From NCBI GenBank assembly GCA_963765745.1, contig CAVXXM010000004.1:172474-236473 (forward strand): a stretch of DNA of 64,000 nt, in the 5' to 3' direction. Below are positions 40,573 through 52,136 of the stretch, piece by piece. The position numbers and the translations under genes are program-made. Position 1 is the first letter of the stretch, and each line of letters starts with the position of its first letter. The notes beneath the pieces are model-generated. The model saw only the letters and a program-made list of their open reading frames with translations, was not told where the DNA came from and did not search any database. Source of the DNA: an uncultured Alphaproteobacteria bacterium (GTDB taxonomy: Bacteria; Pseudomonadota; Alphaproteobacteria; Rhizobiales; Xanthobacteraceae).

Positions 40573-41503
40573 ATGGCGACGCTCTATCTCACCCATCCAT
40601 CGGGTCTCGAACACGCGACCCCCGCCGGCCACCCCGAGCGGCCGGACCGGCTGCGCGCCATCGAGCGCGCGCTCGCCCACGACGAGTTCAAGCAGCTCGA
40701 GCGCGCCGAGGCGCCGCCGATCGATCTCGACACCGTCGCACTCGTGCATCCGCGCGAATATGTCGAGAGCCTCGAAGCGGCGGTGCCTGCGCATGGCCTC
40801 GCGCGCATCGACGCCGACACAGCGTTGTCGTCCACGAGCTGGGAGCCGATCCTGCGCGCCGCCGGCGGCGCGGTGCATGCCGTGGACGAGGTGGTGAAGG
40901 GAAAGGTGAAGAACGCTTTCGTCGCCATGCGCCCCCCCGGCCACCACGCCGAGACCGCGACGCCCATGGGCTTCTGCTTCCTCAACAACGCCGCCATCGC
41001 GGCGCGCTACGCGCAAAAAAAGCATGGTGCCGGCCGCGTCGCCATCGTCGATTTCGACGTACATCACGGCAACGGCTCGCAGGAAATCTTCTGGGCCGAT
41101 CCCACGGTGATGTACTGCTCGACCCACGAAATGCCGCTTTATCCCGGCACCGGCGCCAAGAGCGAGCGCGGCGAGCACGACAACATCGTCAATGCGCCGC
41201 TTGCCGCCGGCAACGGCGGGCCGCGAATTCCGCGCCGCCTTCGAGCGGACAATCCTGCCGGAGCTCGACCGCTTCAAGCCCGAATTCGTCATCGTCTCGG
41301 CCGGCTTCGACGCCCATACGCGCGATCCGCTGGCCAACCTGAACCTGCTCGAAAACGACTTTGCCTGGGTCACCGAGCGGCTCATGGAAGTGGCCGACAA
41401 GCACGCCAAGGGCCGGCTCGTCTCGACCCTGGAAGGCGGCTATGACCTGCAGGGCCTATCCAATTCCGTAGCCTTCCATGTGCGCACCCTGATGCGGGGA
41501 TAG
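40573..41503 (+). pseudogene. Histone-deacetylase-family amidohydrolase, +1 frame break at about 41218
   Basis: RPPGHHA and DFDVHHGNG in ORF 40573..41445. The tail REFRAAFERTILPELDRFKPEFVIVSAGFDAH...LEGGYDL is in ORF 41192..41503. Confidence 0.85.
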
Positions 41504-41537
41504 AAGTCGCATTGCATCCTGCTGATAGAATAGAGCC

Positions 41538-41798
41538 ATGGCCAAAGAGACCAAAGATTCGAACGCCGACGTCGCGGTCCTTCCGTTCGAGAAGGCCCTG
41601 GCGGAGCTCGAGGCCATCGTGCAGCGGCTGGAGAAGGGCGACGTGGCGCTCGAGGAATCGATCCGCATCTACGAGCGCGGCGAGGCGCTGAAGCGCCGCT
41701 GCGAGGCGCTGCTGCGCGAGGCCGAGGCTCGCGTCGAGAAGATCACCCGCGACGCCGCGGGCAAGCCGACCGGCACCGAGCCGCTCGACCGCGATTGA
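41538..41798 (+). CDS. xseB: Exodeoxyribonuclease VII small subunit
   Basis: 86 aa. [40 protein letters not shown]. Confidence 0.9.
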   Translation: MAKETKDSNADVAVLPFEKALAELEAIVQRLEKGDVALEESIRIYERGEALKRRCEALLREAEARVEKITRDAAGKPTGTEPLDRD

Positions 41799-41805
41799 GG
41801 CGCCG

Positions 41806-42738
41806 ATGAGCTTTTTCCCCGGCAAGGATCCCGCGCCCGGCGACCGCTTCGCATGCGATGCGCTCGAACTCGTCGTGGTTCCGCGCAGCGTCGATCTCGG
41901 CGATTTCGAAGTGCGCCGCGCGCTGCCGCATACCAGCCGCCGCACCGTCGGGCCGTTCGTGTTCTTCGACCATTTCGGCCCGGCCGTGTTCAAGGCCGGC
42001 AACGGCCTCGACGTGCGCCCGCATCCGCACATCGGTCTCTCCACGCTCACCTATCTCTATGACGGCGAAATCACGCATCGCGACAATCTCGGCGTCAAGG
42101 CCGCGATCCGCCCCGGCGAGGTGAACTGGATGACCGCGGGCCGCGGCATCGTGCATTCCGAGCGCACCGCGCCCGAGCGCCGCCTCAGCGACGAGCCACT
42201 GCACGGGCTGCAGTTTTGGGTCGCCATGCCGCGGACGAAAGAGGAGATCGATCCGAGCTTCGCTCATCTCGACGGTCAGACGTTGCCGACGATCGAAGGC
42301 GAGGGCAAGAAAATCCGCGTCGTCGCCGGCTCGCTGTTCGGCGTCCGCTCGACGCTCGAAACCCTCACCGAGACGCTGTTCGCGGACGTGACGCTCGCAG
42401 CCGGCGTGTCGCTGCCGCTCGATGCGGAATACGAGGAGCGCGCGGTCTATGTCGCTTCGGGCGAGATCGACATTGCCGGCGACCGCTTCGGGACCGGCCG
42501 GCTCCTGGTATTCCGGCCCGGCGACAAGGTTACGCTCACGGCCGTGGCGCCAAGCCGCATCGCGCTGGTCGGTGGCGCCGTGCTCGACGGTCCGCGCTAC
42601 ATCTGGTGGAACTTCGTCTCCTCGCGCAAGGAACGCATCGAGCAGGCCAAGAACGAATGGAAGCTCGGCCGCTTCGGTAAAGTGCCCGGCGACGAGATCG
42701 AATTCATTCCGCTGCCGGAGAACCGGGACTACACGTAA
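41806..42738 (+). CDS. Pirin-family protein
   Basis: GPFVFFDHFGP, HPHIGLSTLTYL and MTAGRGIVHSE cupin motifs. Confidence 0.9.
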   Translation: MSFFPGKDPAPGDRFACDALELVVVPRSVDLGDFEVRRALPHTSRRTVGPFVFFDHFGPAVFKAGNGLDVRPHPHIGLSTLTYLYDGEITHRDNLGVKAAIRPGEVNWMTAGRGIVHSERTAPERRLSDEPLHGLQFWVAMPRTKEEIDPSFAHLDGQTLPTIEGEGKKIRVVAGSLFGVRSTLETLTETLFADVTLAAGVSLPLDAEYEERAVYVASGEIDIAGDRFGTGRLLVFRPGDKVTLTAVAPSRIALVGGAVLDGPRYIWWNFVSSRKERIEQAKNEWKLGRFGKVPGDEIEFIPLPENRDYT

Positions 42739-42780
42739 GCTGTGATGCTTGCGAGCAAGTCGAGCCGGGCGCGTACCACG

Positions 42781-44097
42781 ATGGACACCGCCACCGCTAT
42801 TCAAGCCCTGGGTCGCGTGCGCCGGCGTCACGTGTTCTATGTCAGCGGCTACGATCCGCAAGGCGCGACCGGTTACTATCGCCTGTTCGCGCGCGAGCTG
42901 GAGCGGTTCGCCCGGCTATGGTCGGTTCGCACGAAGCTGTCGGAGCTTTCCATCGACTCCGACGATCTCGCCCACTGGGGCATCGGCGTCGCGGGACCCA
43001 ACTGGAACGTAGATGTGCGCTACGAGTTCCTGCGTCTTGAGGAATTCGTCCGCGCCAATATGCGCGTGCCGATCGTGCTGCAAATCCCGAGCATTCTGTG
43101 GTGGATCCTCGATGATCTTCTGACCGGCACCTCCTTCCACATAGCCAGAGCGTCCTGGCGCTTCGCCATGCATATTCTCGGCACCCAATTGATGTTCGTT
43201 GTCTGGCTCGCGGTATCCGTTTGGGCCGGCTGGCTCGCAGGAAGCGAGCTCGCTCCGCGCTTCGATCTCCCGGTCTGGGCGGCGATCCTGCTTGGCGCCG
43301 CGGCGGCGATCGCGGTGTTCTTCGCCTTGCGGCCGCTCGCACGCCGCTGGTATCTGACGCAAATTCCAGCCGCCTGGCCCCTGTTCCGCCCCTATGGGCG
43401 CGGCGAGCCGACCGGCTTCGACCGGTCGATCGAAGCCTTCGCCAAGCGCCTGGTGGAAGCGGCGCGCGCCGGGGAGGCCGACGAGCTGCTCGTGGTCGGC
43501 CACAGCGGCGGCGGCGCGCTCGCACCCAGCGTGGTCGCGCGCGCGCTGGAACTCGACCCCGATCTCGGCCGGCACGGCTCGCGCCTCGCGCTCTTGACCG
43601 CGGGATCGGTCATGCCGGGCATCGCGTTCCATCCGCGATCGAAATACCTGCGCGAAGTGGTCCGCCGACTTGCGATCGAACCCTCGCTCACCTGGGTCGA
43701 TTGTCAGGTCTGGGCCGACGTCTGCAGCTTCGCGAATTTCGATCCGGTTTCGGGGCTTGGCATCGATACGGGTCTTGCGCGCTGCAATCCGGTGGTGCTG
43801 CCGGTACATTTTCGCAAGCAGCTCAGCACCGAAACCTACGCGCAGGTCCGCTTCAAGTTCTTCCGCATGCATTATCAATACATCATGGCGAACGATCTCC
43901 GCGCGTCGTACGATTATTTTCTCTATTGCTGCGGTCCGGCCCCGATCGAGGACTGGGCGATGGATGCAATCGAAACCTTCGCTTGCTTCGGCGAGGACGC
44001 CTCGTTCGCGCCTTTGGCGGCGAAGAGCAAGCCGGAGGATTTTCTCCGGCTCAAACCCGGCGACGAAATCGACATCGTCTCCGTGCGGGAACCGTGA
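42781..44097 (+). CDS. Uncharacterised membrane-anchored protein with a C-terminal GHSGG hydrolase-like domain, paralog A
   Basis: RRHVFYVSGYDPQG N-terminal motif, about 3 central TM helices, LLVVGHSGGG nucleophile-elbow-like motif, and FFRMHYQYIMAND. Start at Met14 of ORF 42742..44097, by alignment with paralog B. Confidence 0.65.
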   Translation: MDTATAIQALGRVRRRHVFYVSGYDPQGATGYYRLFARELERFARLWSVRTKLSELSIDSDDLAHWGIGVAGPNWNVDVRYEFLRLEEFVRANMRVPIVLQIPSILWWILDDLLTGTSFHIARASWRFAMHILGTQLMFVVWLAVSVWAGWLAGSELAPRFDLPVWAAILLGAAAAIAVFFALRPLARRWYLTQIPAAWPLFRPYGRGEPTGFDRSIEAFAKRLVEAARAGEADELLVVGHSGGGALAPSVVARALELDPDLGRHGSRLALLTAGSVMPGIAFHPRSKYLREVVRRLAIEPSLTWVDCQVWADVCSFANFDPVSGLGIDTGLARCNPVVLPVHFRKQLSTETYAQVRFKFFRMHYQYIMANDLRASYDYFLYCCGPAPIEDWAMDAIETFACFGEDASFAPLAAKSKPEDFLRLKPGDEIDIVSVREP

Positions 44098-45338
44098 TGA
44101 GCGAGGCTGAACAGCCGCTCGCGCCGGACCTGATAAGCCGACGCCACGTGTTCTATGTCGCCGGCTACGATCCGCAAGGCGTCGAGGGCTATTACGCCCT
44201 GTTCCACCGCGAGTTCGACCGCTTCAAGATGCTCTGGCCGGTGCGCGGCATGCTGACGCTGCCGGATGTAGCCGCGGACGCGCACAACGCGCGTTGGCGG
44301 ATCGAGACCGCGGCGCCCAACTGGCAAGTCTCCGTGGACTACGAGTTCCTGAGTTGGGACGACATCATTCTGCGCGATCTCGCCCGCCCGATGTACTGGC
44401 GGCTGCCGCAGGCGCTGTTCTGGTTCATCGACCAGATTTTTACCGGAACGTTCCACCGTGTGTTCCGCGGTTTCTGGCGCTTCGGATTATTTCTCCTCTA
44501 TCCAATGCTCGGCCTTGCGCTCTGGCTCGCCGTCGCAGCCGCGGGTGGATGGCTTGCATGGCGCATCGCGGTCGGTCTGGCAGCGCCCCCGCCGTTCATC
44601 GGCGCCGTTCTCGGCGGCGCTGTTTTCTTCGCCCTGTTCCGGCTGCTGCGGCCGATCGCCGACGGCATGTTTGTGGTTCAGCTCACGGATCTGTGGCTGT
44701 TCTTTCGGGATTATGTCCGCGGCGAACGCGCGGACTTCGAGCAGCGCATCGATGCCTTTGCCGCTCGCCTCGTCGCCGGCGCCCGCGCGAACGATGCGGA
44801 CGAGATCGTGGTCGTCGGCCACAGCGGCGGCGCCGTGGCCGCGGCGCTTATGGTAGCGCGCGCTCTTGCACTCGATCCTGGCCTGGGAACGCACGGACCA
44901 CGCATCGTACTGCTCACGCTCGGCTCGATCATGCCGGCCATCGCCCTGCACCCGCGTTCTGCCCGCGTGCGCGACGTCATCCTGCGGCTGGCGACCGAGT
45001 CCGGTCTCTTGTGGATCGACTGCCAGTCGAGCACCGATGTTATCAATTTCTTCGACTTCGATCCCGTGGACGATGTCGGCATCGATGCCGGTCCCGCGCG
45101 GTGCAATCCGCACGTTTTTCACGTATGCTTCAGAGACGCGCTGGCCCCAGAATTCTATCGCCGCCAGCGCTGGAACTTTTTCCGCACCCACTTCCAGTTC
45201 ATTATGGCAAACGACCGCAAGGCGGGTTACGACTACTACTTCTATCTATGCGGACCGCTTACTTTGGCCGCTTGGACCGAGAACCGCACCCGCACGATTG
45301 AGCAATTCGGTCCGGACGCTTCGCTCTGCGACGGCTAG
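44097..45338 (+). CDS. Uncharacterised membrane-anchored protein with a C-terminal GHSGG hydrolase-like domain, paralog B
   Basis: Collinear with paralog A ([37 protein letters not shown]). Its ATG shares one nt with the paralog A stop (TGATG). Confidence 0.65.
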   Translation: MSEAEQPLAPDLISRRHVFYVAGYDPQGVEGYYALFHREFDRFKMLWPVRGMLTLPDVAADAHNARWRIETAAPNWQVSVDYEFLSWDDIILRDLARPMYWRLPQALFWFIDQIFTGTFHRVFRGFWRFGLFLLYPMLGLALWLAVAAAGGWLAWRIAVGLAAPPPFIGAVLGGAVFFALFRLLRPIADGMFVVQLTDLWLFFRDYVRGERADFEQRIDAFAARLVAGARANDADEIVVVGHSGGAVAAALMVARALALDPGLGTHGPRIVLLTLGSIMPAIALHPRSARVRDVILRLATESGLLWIDCQSSTDVINFFDFDPVDDVGIDAGPARCNPHVFHVCFRDALAPEFYRRQRWNFFRTHFQFIMANDRKAGYDYYFYLCGPLTLAAWTENRTRTIEQFGPDASLCDG

Positions 45339-45429
45339 CGGCGACGCCACTCGCCGTTTGTTGCGTTGCGCCGGCAAACACCTTTGTGTAAGCCTCGCTC
45401 CAGTCTTTTTCGAAATACGGATATCGTCC

Positions 45430-47346
45430 GTGCCGGATACGAAGACACCGCTCCTCGACACGATCAAGCTGCCGGCAGATCTCCGCCGGCTCGCGCCCGG
45501 GCAATTGCCTGCGCTCGCCGAGGAACTCCGTCAGGAGACCATCGACGCGGTCTCCGTCACCGGCGGCCATCTCGGCGCCGGCCTCGGCGTCGCCGAGCTG
45601 ACCGTCGCCCTGCACTACGTCTTCGACACGCCGCGCGACCGGCTGATCTGGGACGTCGGCCATCAGGCCTACCCGCACAAGATTCTCACCGGCCGGCGTG
45701 ATCGTATCCGCACGCTGCGGCAAGGCGGCGGGCTCTCCGGCTTCACTCGCCGCGCCGAGAGCGAATACGATCCGTTCGGCGCCGCCCACGCCTCGACCTC
45801 GATCTCCGCCGGACTCGGCATGGCGGTGGCGCGCGACCTCAAGGGCGAGAAAAATCACGTCGTCTGCGTCATCGGCGACGGCGCGCTTTCGGCCGGCATG
45901 GCCTACGAGGCGATGAACAACGCCGGCGCCAGCAAGACGCGTCTGATCGTGATCCTGAACGACAATGACATGTCGATCGCGCCGCCGGTCGGCGCCATGT
46001 CCGCCTATCTCGCGCGCCTGATCTCCGGCCGTACTTTCTCGCGTATGCGCGACACTTGGGAACGGGTCGGCCGCCGGCTGCCGCAACGCGTCGAGCGGAT
46101 GATCCACCGCGCTTTCGAGCACGGCATTGGTTTTGTCACCGGCGGCACGCTGTTCGAAGAGCTGGGCTTCGCCTATGTCGGCCCGATCGACGGCCACAAT
46201 CTCGATCACCTGCTGCCGGTGCTGAAAAACGTGCGCGACAACGAGAAGGGCCCGACGCTGGTCCATGTCGTGACGCAAAAGGGCAAGGGCTATCCGCCGG
46301 CCGAGAATTCCGCGGATAAATTCCACGGCGTCGTGAAGTTCGACATCGCCACCGGCGCCCAAGCCAAGGGCAAGGCGGCCGCGCCCGTCTATACCAAGGT
46401 CTTCGCCGAGAGCCTGATCAAGGAAGCGCGCAAGGACGGCAAGATCGTAGCGATCACCGCGGCGATGCCCGCCGGTACCGGGCTCGACCTGTTCGCGCAC
46501 GAATTCCCGAACCGCACGTTCGACGTCGGCATTGCCGAACAGCACGCCGTCACGTTTGCCGCGGGACTCGCCACCGAGGGCTTCAAGCCGTTCGCGGCGA
46601 TCTATTCGACCTTCCTGCAGCGCGCCTACGATCAAGTGGTGCACGACGTGGCGATCCAGTCGCTGCCGGTACGCTTCGCGATCGATCGCGCCGGCCTGGT
46701 CGGCTCGGACGGACCGACGCACGCGGGCGCGTTCGATCTGGCCTATCTCACGTGTCTGCCGGGGTTCGTCGTGATGGCCGCGGCCGATGAGGCGGAGCTC
46801 GTACACATGGTCGCGACGGCGGCTATGATCGGCGACCGGCCGAGCGCGTTTCGCTATCCGCGCGGCGAGGGGACCGGCGTTGCGATGCCGGCCGAGGGCA
46901 AGCCGCTCGCCATCGGCAAGGGTCGCGTGCTGCGCGAAGGAACCAAGGTTGCGTTGCTCTCGCTCGGCGCGCGGCTCACCGAGTGTCTTGCCGCCGCCGA
47001 CGAACTCGCGACCCTCGGACTTTCCGCGACCGTCGCCGATGCGCGCTTCGCCAAGCCCCTGGACACCGATCTGGTTCTGCGCCTCGCGCGCGCGCACGAG
47101 GTGCTGATCACCATCGAAGAGGGTGCCGGCGGCGGTTTTGGCGCTCACGTGCTCGAATACTTGGCGCGCGAAGGCGCGCTCGATCAGGGGCTCAAGTTCC
47201 GGCCCATGACGCTGCCCGATGTCTTCATCGAACAGGATTCGCCCGCGGCCATGTATGCGAAGGCCGGCCTCGATACGCGCGGGATCGTGGCGACCGCGCT
47301 CGCAGCGCTCGGCCGCGATGCCCGCGGGGCTGCCCGTAGCGCGTGA
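45430..47346 (+). CDS. dxs: 1-deoxy-D-xylulose-5-phosphate synthase
   Basis: GTG start (codon 189 of ORF 44866..47346). [36 protein letters not shown] and [15 protein letters not shown]. 638 aa, intact. Confidence 0.95.
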   Translation: MPDTKTPLLDTIKLPADLRRLAPGQLPALAEELRQETIDAVSVTGGHLGAGLGVAELTVALHYVFDTPRDRLIWDVGHQAYPHKILTGRRDRIRTLRQGGGLSGFTRRAESEYDPFGAAHASTSISAGLGMAVARDLKGEKNHVVCVIGDGALSAGMAYEAMNNAGASKTRLIVILNDNDMSIAPPVGAMSAYLARLISGRTFSRMRDTWERVGRRLPQRVERMIHRAFEHGIGFVTGGTLFEELGFAYVGPIDGHNLDHLLPVLKNVRDNEKGPTLVHVVTQKGKGYPPAENSADKFHGVVKFDIATGAQAKGKAAAPVYTKVFAESLIKEARKDGKIVAITAAMPAGTGLDLFAHEFPNRTFDVGIAEQHAVTFAAGLATEGFKPFAAIYSTFLQRAYDQVVHDVAIQSLPVRFAIDRAGLVGSDGPTHAGAFDLAYLTCLPGFVVMAAADEAELVHMVATAAMIGDRPSAFRYPRGEGTGVAMPAEGKPLAIGKGRVLREGTKVALLSLGARLTECLAAADELATLGLSATVADARFAKPLDTDLVLRLARAHEVLITIEEGAGGGFGAHVLEYLAREGALDQGLKFRPMTLPDVFIEQDSPAAMYAKAGLDTRGIVATALAALGRDARGAARSA

Positions 47347-47524
47347 GCGAGGCGCCGACGGAACGTCGTGGCAATAAGAGCGAGATTGGTTAAGCGGTTC
47401 TCACCGGATCGCGCAAAGATATTGAATTCGAAGGGTGCGCTATTGCCCAGGCGTCTCGTGTGCCGGGCACATTAAACATTCACCGACGCTTGCCGACTAG
47501 GTTCGCTCAATTGTCGTTGAGGGC

Positions 47525-49211
47525 ATGCGGACCATGTCGGACAGCCGTTGGCGCTTCTTTGCGGGCCCGCTGGTCACGGCCGTGGCCGGAACGGCGGCCC
47601 TTCTGATCGATCGCCTGGTGGTTCCGCTCCCGGTTCCGACGCTCGGCGCCGTGGTGTTCTTCTCCGCGTTCTTCGGCGCTTATGTCGGCGGCGCGATTCC
47701 GGTTCTTTTCAGCACCGCGGTCGCGATGGCGATCATGGCATTTCACTACGCCGAACCCGGGTATCCGCTCGTGATTGCACCCGAAAAGATCGTGCGGTTG
47801 ATCGTCCTTGCATTGGTGATGTTGGTCGCCTGTTCGCTCATCGGATTGTCGCAAGCGCGCGGTCGTCGCTCCCTGGGACAAATGTCACGGCGGCCAATTG
47901 CCAAGCTGGAAGAGCGCGCGTATCGCGCTCGATCAGGTCGATTATGGCGTTATTCTGCTCGATGCGGATCTGCGCGCGCAATTCATCAGCCGGGCCATGT
48001 TTGCGCATGGAAAGTTGCGAGCATACACACCCAATGATCGACCGACCTATGCCGAAATTCTGCAAGAGGCAGCAGCAAATCTGGGATTTTTGCCCGGCAG
48101 CGAGGAGCTGAACAATCTCATCGCAAGTCGGGTCGGCTATGTGCGTTCAGGAGATACAAGGCCGCTCGTGATTCCTATGGCTGACGGCTCCCTCGCCCGG
48201 TTCAGGTGCTTCCCGCTGCCTGACGGTTGGCGTCTCTTGACGTACATGGACGTGACCGATCTGACGCGCCAGCATAGCGAGCTGCAAGCTTTGCGTGCCG
48301 CGCTGGACCAGATCGAAGAAGGGGTCGTGCTGCTGGACCGCGACATGCGCACGCATTTCATGAATCGCGCGATCCGCGAGATCGGCAGCCATCGCGAGTA
48401 CGCTCCCGGCGAGCGGCCGTCCTTTGCCGAATTGCTGGACGAAGTCCGCGTCAACAGCGCCTATGCGATTCCGGCCGATCAAGTGGATGCCTATGTGGCG
48501 CATCGCGTGGAATATGTGCGCTCGGGCAACCCGAACCCGGTCGATCTGCACATGGCCGACGGCAAGGTGCTCCGCTTCAAGTGCAACGCGCTGCCCGATG
48601 GCGGGCGCATGTTGATATACACCAACGTCACCGATCTCGTGCGCAACGCCGAGCAGCTGGAGAAGCTTGCGACCACGGATGGAATGACCGGACTGCATAA
48701 CCGGCGCCAGTTCATGAAGCTCGCCGACGCCGAATGGGGCCGTTTCCAGCGCCACGGCCGTCCGCTGTCGCTCCTGATGCTCGATGCCGACTTCTTCAAA
48801 TCGATCAATGACCGCTTCGGCCATTACGTGGGCGATCAGGTGGTCGCCCAGATTGCGGCGCTCTGCCGCGAGGACCGGCGGGTAAGCGACGTCGTGGCTC
48901 GTATCGGCGGCGAGGAATTCGCGCTCTTGCTGCCGGAAACGACAGCGGAAGCCGCATACGCGGTCGCTGAGCGGCTGCGGCGAAACGTCGAAGTGAGCCC
49001 GCTCCTGACTAATGGCAACGGTTTGGCCGTCACCGTCAGCATCGGCGTCGCCGAGGCGGGGCCGGGCATGAGCGGCATCGTCGATCTGATGAAGGACTCT
49101 GACCGCGCCCTCTACAAGGCCAAGGGCGCGGGACGAAACCGCGTCGTGCGTGCTGAAGTTCCCTCGATCGCGGTGGTGCTGGACGCACAGGCCCCGCTGC
49201 AGTCGGCGTGA
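47525..49211 (+). pseudogene. Membrane-anchored diguanylate cyclase (DUF4118-like TM domain, two PAS-like modules, GGDEF), one +1 frame break between about 47850 and 47925
   Basis: The TM domain is in ORF 47525..48037. The sensor and GGDEF domains are in ORF 47898..49211 (RIGGEEFALLL, TDGMTGLHNRR). The second frame is open from 47820, so a single gene is more likely than two. Confidence 0.75.
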
Positions 49212-49232
49212 AGCGCGGACTCCGCTTCCGCC

Positions 49233-49844
49233 TCAGTTCCGTCCGAGACAAGCCCGCTCGAACTGCTCGCCGCGCGGCCCCAGGCCCTTCAGTGAAATTC
49301 CCGTGGTCCGGCCCGGAACTTCGACCGTCATGGTCTCGCTGTTCTTGAACAGGGCGAAAAAGCGCGGCGCGATCCGCGTAGTGCCGCTGATGAAAAGCGC
49401 CGGGCCCTTCTCGGCAGCGAATGCGGTGCCGGCGACCTCGAAGCGGGTGGGGCCGCTCATCAGCCGGATGCGCGCGCCATCGCCGGCGCGGGGTCCGCGC
49501 GTGCCGCTCGCCGCGACCGCGATCACGCGCACCAGGCCGATGTCCGGCTGGCAGGAGAACGAGACGATCGCCTCCTCGGTGGCCTTGCCGTATTGCAGCA
49601 CCGGGCTGGCGCCCTCGCGCGACGTGGACCAGACGCGCGCATCGGCCGACGCTTCCTTCTGCTTGCTTCCCTTTTTCTTTGCCTTGGCGTCCTGTTTCGC
49701 CTTGAGCTTCGCCTTCGATTGCCTGGGCTTCTGCTTGGCCGCGACTTCGGTGCGGCTCTGGGCCGAGACCGCATCCGGCCACGCGATCAGCGGCAATAAC
49801 AGCGCGGCCAAGATCGCAATCGGGCGGCGCGCGAGGCGTCGCAT
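49233..49844 (-). CDS. Secreted hypothetical protein with a Lys/Ala-rich low-complexity segment
   Basis: Signal peptide [29 protein letters not shown], then KQKPRQSKAKLKAKQDAKAKKKGSKQKE. Met69 of ORF 49233..50048. Confidence 0.5.
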   Translation of the reverse strand: MRRLARRPIAILAALLLPLIAWPDAVSAQSRTEVAAKQKPRQSKAKLKAKQDAKAKKKGSKQKEASADARVWSTSREGASPVLQYGKATEEAIVSFSCQPDIGLVRVIAVAASGTRGPRAGDGARIRLMSGPTRFEVAGTAFAAEKGPALFISGTTRIAPRFFALFKNSETMTVEVPGRTTGISLKGLGPRGEQFERACLGRN

Positions 49845-50004
49845 GGCGGGCTCCGGAACTGGAAAGAGGCGGCGGCGAATCCGCCGAAATCCTCCATAGC
49901 ATCGGAGCCGTGCCGGGGCCAAATACAAAGCGAAGCGAATGCACAGGCACTTGGCGAACGGACCGCGTTCGGGTGTGATCACGAATTCTTGCTTGGAAAA
50001 CGGC

Positions 50005-51243
50005 ATGGCTGAGATTCCCACTATCGAGACGCTCGATATCGCGCGCATGGGTCAGCGCGGCGACGCCATCGCCGAGACTCCGGAAGGCGCGGTCTATGTG
50101 CCCTATGCGTTGCCCGGCGAGACGGTGGAGGTCGAGCGCGAGGGCGACCGCGCGCGGCTGTTGCGCGTGATCGTGCCGAGCCCGGACCGTATCGAGCCGA
50201 TCTGCCCGCATTTCGGCACCTGCGGCGGCTGCGCGCTGCAGCACTGGCGCAGCGAGACTTACCGAGCCTGGAAGCGTGGGCTCGCGGTCGCAGCACTCGC
50301 CCAAGTCGGGATCGAAGCGCCGGTCAGCGATCTCGTCGACGCCCACGGCCAGGGCCGCCGCCGCGCGACGTTTCACGCCCGCCACGGCGGCCGAAAGATT
50401 CTGGCCGTCGGCTTCGCCGGCCGCCGGTCCCACGAGATCGTGCCGATCGATCAATGTCCCATCCTCGCGCCCCCACTTGCACGCGCGATCGCCATTGCCT
50501 GGCGGCTGGTCGAGCCGCTGAAGCCAAGCGGCAAGCCCATCGATCTCGCGTTCACCGCGACCGAGAACGGCCTCGACGTGGACCTGCGCGGCACCGGGCC
50601 GCTCAATCCGAGGATGACCACGGCGCTTGCGCAGATCGGCGCCGAGGAGAAGCTCGCGCGCATCACCCGCCACGGCGAGCTGGTGGCGCAATTCGCCGAA
50701 CCATCGGTCAAGGTCGGCCGTGCCCGCGTAGTGCTGCCGCCCGGAAGCTTTCTACAGGCGACTGCTCTGGCTGAGGAAATTCTTGCCCGGCTGGTAACGG
50801 AAGCCGTCGGCGAAACCCGCACGGTCGCCGATCTGTTCTGCGGCGTCGGCACATTCGCGCTACGCCTTGCCGAGCGCGCCCGCGTCATCGCGTTCGATGC
50901 CGACGCCGGGGCGATCTCGGCGCTAGCGCGCGCCAGTGCGCCGGGCCTCAAGCCCATCGAGGCCAAAGCGCGCGACTTGTTCCGCCGCCCGCTGGTGGCG
51001 GCCGAGCTTGCCGGCTGCGAGGCGGTCGTGCTCGATCCGCCGCGCCAGGGCGCCGAAGCGCAGGCCCGCGCGCTCGCGCAATCGAAAGCACCGCGCATCG
51101 TGTACGTATCGTGCAATCCGGCGACCTTCGCCCGCGACGCGCGAATTCTCGTAGACGGCGGCTATCGCCTGGTCTCGGTCGTGCCGGTGGATCAGTTCCG
51201 CTATTCCGCCCACGTCGAGCTGGTGGGCGTGCTGGAACGCTGA
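50005..51243 (+). CDS. RumA/TrmA-family SAM-dependent RNA (uracil-5) methyltransferase
   Basis: Fe-S cysteines [26 protein letters not shown] and [13 protein letters not shown]. Confidence 0.85.
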   Translation: MAEIPTIETLDIARMGQRGDAIAETPEGAVYVPYALPGETVEVEREGDRARLLRVIVPSPDRIEPICPHFGTCGGCALQHWRSETYRAWKRGLAVAALAQVGIEAPVSDLVDAHGQGRRRATFHARHGGRKILAVGFAGRRSHEIVPIDQCPILAPPLARAIAIAWRLVEPLKPSGKPIDLAFTATENGLDVDLRGTGPLNPRMTTALAQIGAEEKLARITRHGELVAQFAEPSVKVGRARVVLPPGSFLQATALAEEILARLVTEAVGETRTVADLFCGVGTFALRLAERARVIAFDADAGAISALARASAPGLKPIEAKARDLFRRPLVAAELAGCEAVVLDPPRQGAEAQARALAQSKAPRIVYVSCNPATFARDARILVDGGYRLVSVVPVDQFRYSAHVELVGVLER

Positions 51244-51244
51244 G

Positions 51245-52066
51245 CTAACGGCCCCAGCGCTCCTGCCACATGCGCTCGCCGATGGTGCAGGAGACGCGCG
51301 GCGGGCTCACCGCCGGCACCACTTTCAGCCCTTGTGGCAGCGGCCATTGCAGGTTCGACACATCGAGCACCAGCTTGTTGCGGATTGCGTCGACGAACTG
51401 CTGGCGGTCGCGCGCCGGGATCACGAACGCGCCGGGGCCGCCGACCACGCAGTCCTCGTAGTATTCATGCAGGTTCGGAATATCGACCATCGATGCGAGC
51501 GGCATTTTCAGCATCACCGGCAGGCCGTTGATAATAATGCCCTTGGCGACGACTTCATCGCGCGTCGGCTCGATCAGTGGACCCTGATTGTTGGTGCCGT
51601 CGCCGGAAACATCGATCACCCGGCGCAGGCCTTTGAAGTCGCCGGTGCCGAACAGTTCTGCCGAGAACTTGAGCGCGCCCGAAATCGACGTGCGATAGGC
51701 GCGCCGGATCGGCATCTCCACGAGCTTGCTGGCGAACGCGTCGGCGCTTGCCGGGCCGTCGATCAGCTGCCAGGGAACGAGAATCCGTTGCTCGCTCACG
51801 CCCGCCCATTCGACATAGGTCACGGCGATGCGGCCATAGGCGCCTTGCTTCAGCGCGTCGAGGAACTGCTTCGAGGTGATCGCGGCGACATAGCCGCCGC
51901 GCTGCAGCGCCAGCTCGTCGTAATCCATCGAATAGGAAATATCGACCGCGATCACGAGCTCGACATCGACCGGGATCGGCTCGCCGGCGCGGGTCGCCGG
52001 GGGCAAGAAAAACGCCGCGAGCGCTAGGCTTCCAGCCCACACGAAATGCTTGAAGGCATTTTTCAT
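51245..52066 (-). CDS. DUF1194 (vWA-like) secreted protein
   Basis: MKNAFKHFVWAGSLALAAFFL signal. VDVELVIAVDISYSMD and VIDVSGDGTNN. Confidence 0.75.
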   Translation of the reverse strand: MKNAFKHFVWAGSLALAAFFLPPATRAGEPIPVDVELVIAVDISYSMDYDELALQRGGYVAAITSKQFLDALKQGAYGRIAVTYVEWAGVSEQRILVPWQLIDGPASADAFASKLVEMPIRRAYRTSISGALKFSAELFGTGDFKGLRRVIDVSGDGTNNQGPLIEPTRDEVVAKGIIINGLPVMLKMPLASMVDIPNLHEYYEDCVVGGPGAFVIPARDRQQFVDAIRNKLVLDVSNLQWPLPQGLKVVPAVSPPRVSCTIGERMWQERWGR

Positions 52067-52136
52067 CGCCGCCTCCGCCGGAGCCGACTCGACGATGATG
52101 TTGCCATGCTCCGCGCACCGCACCAAGCAGGGTGCG

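Noticed and set aside
45259-47148. 629-aa ORF on the - strand
   Set aside because: It is antisense to dxs and is the same kind of GC artefact.
49210-49228. Hairpin GAAGCG-N7-CGCTTC between the convergent cyclase and secreted-protein genes, considered as a terminator
   Set aside because: It has only a 6-bp stem and no T tract, which is too weak to call.
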